Shown one piece after another: positions 54,000-64,000 of a stretch of DNA of 64,000 bases; the stretch's first letter is position 1; each line of letters opens with the position of its first letter. The notes under the pieces were generated by a model. That model was not told where the DNA came from. It saw nothing but the letters and a program-made list of their open reading frames with translations, and ran no database searches. Source of the DNA: Gonapodya sp. JEL0774 (lineage: Eukaryota); assembly GCA_027604505.1 (NCBI GenBank), contig JADIIX010000103.1, positions 1 to 64,000 of the forward strand, written 5' to 3'. A program made the translations under genes and the position numbers.

Positions 54000-55256
54000 A
54001 GTTACAACGCGCAACTGATTGATAGTGCCGTTGTGGTGAAGGGATTGGTGCAATAAATGTGACAGGCGTTCTTGTTTGGCATATGAGTGGTGGTTTGTCC
54101 ACTGTGTCATTTGGCGTACATTGGTCTATCGTCGCCGTCGGGTAATGCAATGTGAATATTTGGAGATAGCATACCCAACCATGGAAGTAAGTAGTCACTG
54201 ATCTTGGAGCAAGAGGTTGGCCAGTGCGTACGAAACCTCGACGTGTGCGTGTGAACTGTGAACTGTTCATGGGGCGAGGCTTGCTTAGGGGAGGCTTTCA
54301 GATTCTAAATAGAATTTCGAGGTCCACAAAAAATATACCACAGCCAGGTGGTTTCAGCGATGGTACAAAGAACTAGCCGGTCTCCTGCGGGTGTCATTGC
54401 CCGATTGTGATGTGTTGGAACTAACCGGAAACTCGAAACCCGACATTATCGTTTGCGCAAACACACGAGGTCCAACTTTCAAACTAAGCACATTAAAAAA
54501 ATCATGAAAATTGTAGTCCTGGTTCTCACTGGCTCTCCAACCCTCGCACTTATCACAGCCGAATCGCATCCCCGGCGTCGCCTGCTATCGAGCCCACGCT
54601 CGAAGTACACCATCCCTAGCACTCCGCCATATACGCTCTCTTGGCAAGATGCTAACCGCCGTTTATTTTGCGCTCAGGGGCAACCAGGGGGTTGTACTGA
54701 GCGAGGTACGTAATTGCGTACCTGAATGACAAAATCAGGTAAGGTGGGATGGAGTATAAAAGCAAGCAAAGATGCTCACATGAGGTAGCAACAAATTGCT
54801 GCGAGAGTGAGGGAGACTTTGGTGACACTGGTGGTGAATGAGGACCATGTTGCGAGACGAGTGAGAAGAGAAAGAGTGGGGGTACCGCGTAGGCCGTAGA
54901 ATACAGTAGAAGAAGAGAGAGCAAGAGAAGAGCCGTGGTGGTGGAATTAAATCATTTAGAGGGTGACAAGCCCGCAAACCTGACGTGAAGGCTTCGGATG
55001 TCCAACATGCACACTCCCCAGCGCACACCGAGTCCCTCTGCGCGGGGATAAGTCGTTCCAATACGCACCCGTCATTCGGCGGACCCCAGCTCTTTCCATA
55101 CAACTTTCCCGGCGTCAAGTTGACGAGAACCGAAATGACGATAGTGATGATTGTAGCAATGAGGACAGGAGTTCCGGTGATGGAGTTATCTTGGGCAATA
55201 ATGCCATTGCATGGGTGCACGCCGGTTTCGCAGGACACGCCGCCCATGTCTTGCAA
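54000..55256 (-). CDS. Hypothetical multi-exon membrane protein; 3' end uncertain
   Basis: ATG at 55256 with a hydrophobic helix VLIATIITIVISVLVNL, further hydrophobic segments and several plausible GT-AG introns; divergent from MRPL11. Confidence 0.35.
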
Positions 55257-55465
55257 AGCAGGATGCGGGAATGCAGCAGCTGGAGGATTGGCTGCCTGGG
55301 ACCTGCACCGTACACAAGTATCGCGGCATATTCAGCAACCGCAGTTTTCAGTTCCACTTGCCAACGGAGGAGCTCGCTAATCGTTCTCAATCCCGCTCTA
55401 TCCATACTCGACCCCCCTTGTATAGTTCCGACAATTAAACTCCTCCCCTGCTGCTTTCACCCAAA

Positions 55466-55921
55466 ATGTCGAAATCCGGAGCCAAAGCTGTGCAAGTGAA
55501 GAACCTCACGTTCAAGCTGCTCGTCCCCGCTGCAAAAGCTGCACCCACCCCGCCCGTTGGACCCGCTCTCGGTCAACGGGGAGTAAAATCTATTGACTTT
55601 TGCAAACAATTCAACGATCGCACCAAACATATCACTCCTGGCACTCCCATTCCCACATTGATCACCGTGAGACCAGACAGGACCTTTACGTTCATCACGA
55701 AGGCACCGCAAACTGCGTGGCTACTCAAGCGGGCTGCGGGCGTGGAAAAGGGGACGAGTACCCCCGGTCGAGAGGTGCTAGGAAGTGTGTCGGTCAAACA
55801 CCTGTATGAGATCGCAAAGTTAAAGAGCGAGGACCCGGGTTTCAAGGGACTGGAACTCGAACAGATTGCAAAGTGTATAGCCGCACAGACGAGGACTTTG
55901 GGTATCAAAGTCGTCCTGTGA
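55466..55921 (+). CDS. MRPL11: Mitochondrial large ribosomal subunit protein uL11m
   Basis: KLLVPAAKAAPTPPVGPALGQRGVKSIDFCKQFNDRT, PDRTFTF, VSVKHLYEIAKLK; single exon. Confidence 0.95.
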   Translation: MSKSGAKAVQVKNLTFKLLVPAAKAAPTPPVGPALGQRGVKSIDFCKQFNDRTKHITPGTPIPTLITVRPDRTFTFITKAPQTAWLLKRAAGVEKGTSTPGREVLGSVSVKHLYEIAKLKSEDPGFKGLELEQIAKCIAAQTRTLGIKVVL

Positions 55922-56611
55922 GAGTTGAACGGTGTGCGAGCCGTGAAGATTAATCTGACTTTTAGGAGTGTGAAGGACTTTTGCGAGATAATAGTTGGAA
56001 GCTCTGTTACGGATGCTACGGTGGTGGTGGAATCACTGGAGGTGGAGGAATTACCAGTAGACATTGTGAGGCCCATGTCTGCGTTTATACGGTGGAGAGG
56101 TGTTCCAGGGACTACACGCGAACATGAACTCGACATAATTCCACACATCGTGCGCCTTTGGTGAATTAGTCAGACCCCTCATGAACACTTGCGTGGTTTT
56201 GAGAGGTCAGGATACAAGGAGAGTATCTTCGAATTCATGGGCGAACCTTCTGCTAGCTCAGCACAGATTGTCCCTCGTTAACTTTGAGGGTTTGTATATA
56301 ATACATAAAATAGTGATTGATCGTGAGGGAAAGTTTGATGAACACCTTCGGGAGAACCAACTAATTGTGTGGGCCTCACACAAATTAATTAGCATGATTG
56401 AAGGCAATTGCTTTAATTGCGGTGCAAACTAACTTACTCAAAGATGCGATCAAGTGGAGAGCAGAGACCTTTCTTGAAAGAAATCAGTAGCAGTGTTTTC
56501 GCCGGGTGGATGGAGGGAGGTGGTGCAAGGGTGGCGAAGTTCCGTTCCCAGCTTGTTCCAAACATTCCAACGTCAGAGGATTTCCTCCAGAATCGCAGCT
56601 CTCCCAGCCCA

Positions 56612-59283
56612 ATGGCGTGTCCCTTTGAGTCGCCTCTCTCCCAATCGTCTCAGGGCTCGTCACGGGACCTCTTTTTGAGCGCTTCTGAAGATTATGGCGT
56701 TGCCACCTTGACGGCGCACTTCGATGCGAACATGGGACCGGGCTCCAGGTGAGCTATTTGCACGCTCACCATTACTCATGGTAAAAACAATGTTGTGTGG
56801 TAGCATCGTGGAGGAATCGCGCTGTGTGCATGTGTTCTTGAGGGAGGATGTTATTTGAAAGACTTTGTAACGAAAATGTTCTGGAGAGCTTGAGGGCATA
56901 GGCCGCGATCGCATCTCCATACTTATTGCTGTCATCTGGGGTTTTGCGTGATGGCGGGATCGGGGCCTTGGTGGCTCGGGTTTGTCATTGTAGCTGGAGC
57001 TCCCCCGTGTTGCGGATCACGTCAGGTTCTGACGATACTTTTTCAATGTGCTGTCCTCAGCCCACTGCAGCCTCCTCCCCCCGTTTCCCATAATCCATTC
57101 TTTGTCGCTGCACGTGCAACGTCCTCCGCCCCATCTGCCCCCTCTGCGGCGGACGTCTTCGCCACACGTCCCAAGCGACCCGCCTTCACCAAGACCCGGA
57201 CAGCCCCTTCATTCTCCCTAACGCGTGCTTCATCTGGAAACTTTGTTGACCGTCTTGCTCGCGCTCGAGACCTGGACTCGTCGGATGACGATGGGTTTGG
57301 GTTAGCACCATTCTCGTTGAGAGCGCTCGCAACCCGTAGCTCCGCTGATGTCTCGATGGATCTGGACAAGGAAGAAGAAGAACTTGTAGCTCTGCCAAGT
57401 GTACGGAAGCAATCGGACTTTGTACCAGTTCTAAATGCACGAGTGTCTTCGGCGAACTTGGGCTCGTGAGTGACACGGTCCTATGGGGACGAATGACGGT
57501 TCACGGTATCAATCTTAAGCGCCTAAAACGATTCAATTGTCTTCTACCCCAGCAAACCTGGGTCACAGGCGCATCTTTTAGAGACGTCGACAAACGCTCA
57601 GCCACGGTCGCTCTCAACAATAGTGCCGCTATCGCTCGCACCTGGAGCTTTAGCTAAAAGAAATCTCAAGGAAGATGCCTTGTCCAAGTGAATTCCTACG
57701 GTCCTCGTCAATATAGATATGTCGTTTCACATTGGTTATCTTCCTCAACACAGGCTCCGTGGGCCCGCCCAACGCTGGCACTCCTCAGCTAGCGCAAGTG
57801 CAAGCACTAGTTCCTTTGGCTCGGGAAATTTCTCCAGCAGGTCTTCCTTTCGCTCTGCCGGTACCAGTGTGAAAAGTGGCGCCACGGTGAGATATCAAGT
57901 TTTGATGGTGGGAGCTCACGCTCCAAGATACTTTCCTTTCCCAGGAGAAGAACCCGGTCAACCTTGGGCGACACGCTGGTTCAACTAGACGGTAAAGTTG
58001 AAACGCATTCCTGGAAATTTTCGTTTAGTGCCCTCAGCGCATCCACGTGTCGTTAGACCAACCGCGCTCGCTCTTTCGATGCCCCCGCTTCCAAATAACG
58101 ATACGGACATGGGTCTCGCAGATCCTGTACCCACCTCGGCATCTGTGACTTCCTCGAGGGGCTCAAACGAGTCAACAACCTCATCTTGCAGTGACGCTCG
58201 AGTACCGTGTGAGTACTTACTTTTCCTGTTTCAGCTACGCAAACATGTTTGAAGATGGCAGGTTGGGTGGCAGCTCCGATGGGCGACTTTTCCTTTTTTT
58301 CAAGCTGGAACCCACATGCGGCCACAATGCTTGGGCACGGCGAAAATCGATTGCTACCTTGTATCGAAACGGTCAAGGACTCGATGAGGAGGATAACGGG
58401 GGACACGGTGAGCGAGCGAGTCTATGATCACCTTGCTTTAGCACGAAATTCATACTTTGCAAACAATAATGGCAGCTGGTGCGCCTCCTTGAGGGCGAGT
58501 TTAGAAGCACTATAGCGGCCTTTCACATTGTAGACTGCCGCTATGCTTTTGAGTACGATGGAGGCCACATCCGTGGTGCTCGCAACATTTTTAAACTGGA
58601 AGAACTGGAACAGATGTTTGTGCAACCAGTTCTTGAAGATGGAGCGACTGTGCAGGGACCACGAATGAGTCGAGAGGTCATCATCTTTCACTGTGAGTTC
58701 TCGAGCCACAGGGCACCCAGAATGTGAGTGCGAGCGAGGGAAGATGGTGATACGCGTGGCTGCATTCTCTAAACTTTAACGTGGGGTATTCGACAACGAC
58801 AACAGGGCCGCTCATCTTCGGTCCAAAGATCGAATGCTCAACATTGAGTACTATCCCCGCCTTCATTGGCCCGAAGTGTATGTTTTGAATGGGGGATACT
58901 GTGAATTCTTTAAGAATCACAAGGTGAGCATGTTGGTGTGCATGTAAGAGAATAATTGCTTATGCCCAACGGGTTTGTCAGGGGTACTGCGATCCTCAGG
59001 CTTACGTGGAAATGGTGCAACCTGAATACCGTGAAGAATGTCTAGAAAACCGGCGAGAGTTCAAGAAAGCCAAGTCGTTCACAGACGCGTACCACAGGTG
59101 GGTAACGTTGCAACCGTGAAAACTCCAGTTGCTCACTCCCACGAATTCTCAAACAGGGATCGGTTGGCATTTTGAGACGTCAGAGATCATTTTATGCAGA
59201 GGAATGTTTTGAGTGCAAAGGGGTGGAAGTCATTCCACTCCTAGAGATTCATTCCGTCAGACGGAGAGTCATCCAACTAACAT
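56612..59283 (+). CDS. Cdc25/Mih1 M-phase inducer phosphatase (3' end uncertain, about 59176-59391)
   Basis: IVDCRYAFEYDGGHIRGARNI, active site IFHCEFSSHRAPRM, LRSKDR..YPRLHWPEVYVLNGGYCEFF, YCDPQAYVEM. Confidence 0.93.
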
Positions 59284-59865
59284 GAAAACAACGAAGCACC
59301 GACCCCGAATGGTCAAGTCTGGAAGGGACACCGATTCATCCCCACAGGAAGCACCAAATCTTGACGTTTTTTATCAACGGAATTCTGTATGATTATCTGT
59401 CAATACCTATTATTACAGTCATATTATACACAGGAACACTTGGCTGAAACTCCAGTTAATTATTTTAGTCTCGATCTAGACCCAGCACTTTACGCATCTC
59501 ACTTGTCCTGTATTGCTCGTCAAAACTTTACGAGTCACTTGCCAAAGCTTGCGAACCAGCCGAATATACACGGCAATGTCAGGATTGTCTTTATTATCGA
59601 GTCGTTTGTGAATTTGTTACAAGGATGATAAATGTGAGTGAAGCGGGCGACGGCAAATTGATATTCCGTGTCGGGTGAACACATCTGGTTGCAATGGGAG
59701 TAAACATTCCCGTCTCTGGCACACATCTACACGCCTCTACAACGCTATCTAATGTTCGGGCGGCTTCATCAGCTGTCTTGTGCTTCATCACGTGAATATG
59801 TTTCCCATTCCGTCGGTGGTCCCTATCTTTGCACGCTGGCTTGTTCTCGTCGTGGTGTGAAAACA

Positions 59866-61110
59866 ATGGGGACCGCCAGATCTGTTTTGGTGTATGGAGG
59901 TGCTGGGCAACTTGGCAGGGTTGTAGTAGAGGAGTTTCACAAGAATGGATGGGTACGTGAATGCGTTCATCAAGGAGTGCACATCTCTTGTCCTTAACCC
60001 CGAACTCATTCATGCAGACAACCCTTTCTGCTGATTTGACGTCTAACCCGCGCGCCAGCAAATGTATCGCCGTGGATCCAAGTGCTCCCCTAGTGACACA
60101 AGCTGACCTGTTAGAGAGTGAAGTTGGTGAGAAAGAGTAATGAAGTTCACTCTTCAGAGAGACACCGGCGCCCAAATTTACGCCACATAATGTTACGCAC
60201 AAGGAAGTTTGGTTGGTGGAAAGCTGGAAGCGATTGTGAACTTGGCGGGGGGATGGGCTGGCGGGAATGCATCTGCCCAAGGTCGGTGTCACCTCGATTG
60301 GATGAGCATGCTCTGCTTGTTCCGTGTGCGCAACGCGCACTGGAATCAAATCTGCTTATCTCTTTGTGTGGGCTGACTAACATGTCTCCTTTGACTTTGG
60401 GACAGACCTCCTCACGAATGTGGAACTGATGTTCCGCCAGAGCGTCCACAGTTCCTTCATAACGTCAAAAGTTGCCGCTTCAAGGCTAGGGGAGTATGTA
60501 TTCTCGATTCACATTGGTAGTACGGTTATTTGACATAATCCCTGGGATTGCCAGAGGAGGGCTTCTCGCGCTCACTGGTGCAGCATCCGCACGTTCTCCA
60601 ACTCCCATGATGGTATGTTCTTTTTTAAGCTTACCCCTGCACCATGCAACAATTCAAGCAGCATGTATGGATGTGAACGTTTCTGTTTTTCTGACGGTCT
60701 ATGAACCACCCATCTGACCTGTACGCCAGCTTGCATATGGTGCAGCCAAGGCATCAGTCCACCACCTTGTACGCTCTTTAGCGAGACCGGAGTCTGGACT
60801 ACCGTCACAATCTGTAGTGCTTGGCATTCTACCGATCATGTTGGACACACCAACGAATCGTAAATATGCGGAGCAAGGCACAGATTTTGCAACTTGGACA
60901 CCACTGGAACACGTCGCTTTGTGAGTAGATGCCTAGTGCTTTGTTTGCAACACAATGTGCCTGATCTGATGTATGTTGCATTGACGCCCCCTATTAATGG
61001 TTTCCAGGAAGCTCTTCGAATGGGCAGATGGGACAGACCGTCCTGAGAGTGGGAGTCTGATGCAGATTGAAACTATAGGAGGGAGAACGAGTTTCAAAGT
61101 TGTCCCATAA
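59866..61110 (+). CDS. QDPR: Dihydropteridine reductase (quinoid DHPR, SDR family)
   Basis: RSVLVYGGAGQLG, AGGWAGG, LMFRQSV, GGLLALTGA, YGAAKASVHHLVRSLA..SGLP, LPIMLDTPTNRK, DFATWTPLE, RPESGSL. Confidence 0.93.
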
Positions 61111-61256
61111 ATGAGTTGACTTGACATACACAATATAACATCATTGTGGAGGCATGGTTTCAACTCCCACATTGGGAGTGTGGGTGCAACAGTTAAAGTG
61201 CAATAATTCTCCGACAAATCACATTGCCCCGATCCGAAGTGGGCCTCGCAGCAGGA

Positions 61257-62992
61257 ATGTCGGTCAACGGCAAAGCCAACGGTGTGGATGCGACTATTGA
61301 AACTGCGAAAGCCGCGCGCGCTGCTTCCCTGGCGCTTCAGGGAGCGTCCTTGGAAGCGAAGTCCCTCGCCCTGCAGAGGATTCGGGAACGTCTTCTCGCG
61401 GATAAAGAGATCCTCCAAGAAGCAAACCAGCGAGATTTAAACGTGAGTGGAAGTTCATCTGCTTTTTCTCTGTTAATGCTGCATGGATTTTCGTAAATTT
61501 CCGTGTTAAGGATGCGAAAGCACGGAAGGAGAAGGGAGAGTTAAGTGATTCTCTATTCAAAAGACTCGACCTCTTTGGACCTAGTGGAGCCAAGTTTGAT
61601 ACTTTGCTGGAGGGAATTGACGACGTGGACAAATTGGAGGATCCTACTGGTGAGCACGCTTGATACAATTACACATGATGGAGCTCTGTAGGGTTCGGGT
61701 CCGATTTCCAGGTCAAGTCACTTACGCGTGCAAGTTGGATGATGGACTCGACCTATATCGAGTTACGTGCCCCGTTGGTGTGCTACTCATCATATTCGAG
61801 TCCCGTCCGGAAGTTGTGGTTCAGATTTCGACACTCGCCATCAAGTCCGGTGGGTGAAATAACACCGCATCTCAGATCGTTTTAAATCTCGAATTTTGTT
61901 GTTTGGTACGTAGGCAATGCTGTCATCTTGAAAGGAGGCCGAGAAGCCGCCCACTCCAATGCGGCGCTTCACATGTCCCTCCGCGTCGCTCTTTCATCTC
62001 TACCTTCCGATTGTGGAATATCTCCCGAGGCGATTCAGCTAGTATCAACACGTGACGAAATCGCGACCCTTCTTAAATTGGATGAATACATCGATTTGGC
62101 TATTCCGAGGGGTGGGAACGAGTTCGTGCGCTATGTGAAAGATAATACTCGGTGAGCAAAAACCACAGGATTGCGCTTCGCATAGATGCCCGAAGATAAC
62201 AACTTTTTTTCATCGAATGCAGAATACCGGTGCTTGGGCATGCTGACGGATTGTGCTCAATATATGTTGACTCTTCTGCGGATGTTGCAAAAGCTGTTTC
62301 TGTGGTGGTGGACTCAAAAACAAACTACCCCGCGGCGTGCAACGCGACCGAGACTCTGTTAATCCACGAAAATGCTCTTCAGACCGTCCTCCCGGGGATT
62401 GCACATGCTTTATGGGCAAAAGGTGTTCAAATGAGATGCGATCCTGCGTCCCACGACGTATTAGCTCATCTGAATCCTCCGGCCGGCCTTCTTCAGCCTT
62501 CAGAGTGGGCCGATTTTGACACTGAGTTCTTGGACTCGATCATTGCTGTCGCAAGCGTTCCTAACCTCTCAGCAGCGCTGGCGCACATCAACTCACATGG
62601 TTCACATCACACAGAGTGCATTGTGACAGAAGACCAGGCAATAGCTGAAGAGTTTATGAGAAAGGTCGATGCGGCGGGAGCTTACTGGAACGCCAGCACA
62701 CGATTTGCGGATGGGTTCAGATATGGATTTGGTGCGGAAATTGGGGTGAGCTTGTGGGGAGGAGCTTTTGTGGCTTGTCTGGGCGAGATTGTTAAGTTTT
62801 GTTTGTAACCAGGTTTCGACAAACAAGACACACGCACGAGGACCAGTCGGTTTGGAAGGATTGGTGATTTACAAATACAAAGTTTATGGGACTGGACAAG
62901 GCGCGGGGATGTATGGACCTGGCAAAAAGAGATACTTGCATCAAATGTTGGATCCAGAGGTTGAGCTTCAGCGAAGACCGGGATTGGCATGA
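61257..62992 (+). CDS. PRO2: Gamma-glutamyl phosphate reductase (glutamate-5-semialdehyde dehydrogenase)
   Basis: [93 protein letters not shown]. Confidence 0.96.
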
Positions 62993-63225
62993 ACAAAATT
63001 CAATACGGATATCATAAAATGTAGCTACTCTATGCTTGCTTGCTATGGAAATGGGCATTGAGAGTGTCACGTTACAGTAACGCCGCGGAGCATGAAACAC
63101 TGTGTCAGCCCCATGTAATATGGTGTTGTGTTGTGATTCACGGGAGGTTGTGCCATTCCATTCTCGAAGCCATCGGCCAACACGTGAAGTCTCCAGGCGT
63201 AATGGTGGGCTGCTCGTGCTCACAG

Positions 63226-63981
63226 ATGGTTATCGTATTAAAACTTAGCTTCTTGCCCTCGCGGTTTCCGGGCTCGATGCGACAAACTGCCAGATCCGCT
63301 TCATTCTTGTCCAGAATCGACAAGGCAAGACTCGCCTCCAGAAGTGGTACATGCCTTTTGAGGACGATGAAAAGCAAAAGCTAAAGGGAGAAGTTCATCG
63401 ATTAGTTGCGCCGAGGGACCAAAAGTCTCAGAGCAACTTTGTGGAGGTGAGTCTGGGCGAGCGAGTTTCTCGATCCTCAAATGGAGAAGAAAGTTGTTCA
63501 AATTGTTTATGTAAATTTCGGGGATCTTTGCGGCAGTTCCGCAACTACAAAATCGTGTATCGTCGATACGCCGGACTGTTCTTCTGCTTCTGTGTGGACC
63601 AGAACGATAATGAGCTCGCGTACCTTGAAGCAATACACTTTTTTGTGGAGGTACTGGACGCTTTCTTCGGAAACGTATGCGAGCTGGATCTTGGTGGGTT
63701 CCTGCCATCGTGCTTCTAGAGCGAGAGGGGGAACTTGTGGCTCTGACACGTTTTAATATCTGTTGGGAACCCTAGTTTTCAACTTTTTCAAGGTTAGTTG
63801 TGACACAAGCGCTGTGTGCCTGCAAACGAAGTCGGAAATGTCGCGAAACTGATGAGAATCCTCGGTTCTCGTTTTATAGGTTTATGCCATTTTAGACGAG
63901 GTCTTTCTAGCTGGAGAAATTCAGGAGACCTCAAAAAGTGTGGTATTGGGGCGATTAGATCAGTTGGACAAACTGGAATGA
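63226..63981 (+). CDS. APS2: AP-2 adaptor complex sigma subunit (start codon 63202 or 63226)
   Basis: [103 protein letters not shown]. Confidence 0.95.
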
Positions 63982-64000
63982 TTTCATTGGTTATGTACTG

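Noticed and set aside
55466..55921. Intronless uL11 as a bacterial transfer or contamination
   Set aside because: ALGQRGVKSIDFCKQFN and VKHLYEIAKLK are mitochondrial-type fungal features, and it is embedded among intron-containing genes

Overview
Eukaryotic, intron-rich fungal genomic DNA (short GT-AG introns, mostly GTGAGT/GTAxGT donors). IFT20, SAS-4/CENPJ, SSX2IP, SWEET, QDPR and RAB3GAP2 homologues point to a flagellated, zoosporic early-diverging fungus (chytrid/monoblepharid-like; inference). Bases 1-5.8 kb hold a 5'-truncated Ty3/Gypsy LTR retrotransposon on the minus strand (RT-RNaseH-IN, PPT, 3' LTR). Where gag and protease should be, there are two antisense orphan ORFs. The rest is a compact run of about 22 genes: clade-X ATP-phosphofructokinase, F-box/LRR, Sch9-like kinase, a large orphan, BI-1, SWEET, SREK1/SRSF11-like, Hse1/STAM, SSX2IP/Msd1, a secreted Reeler + 11xLysM protein, IFT20, SAS-4, Rpc17, OSR1/SPAK-like kinase, a PPR-like protein, RAB3GAP2-N, Bud32, an orphan, MRPL11, Cdc25, QDPR, Pro2 and AP-2 sigma. 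The most unusual items are the Reeler-11xLysM protein (each LysM is split by a phase-0 intron at the same position), the non-Dikarya-type clade-X PFK, and the retroelement with its orphan antisense ORFs. Coordinates of spliced genes were read by eye and span first to last codon; family calls come from recognised motifs, not database searches.
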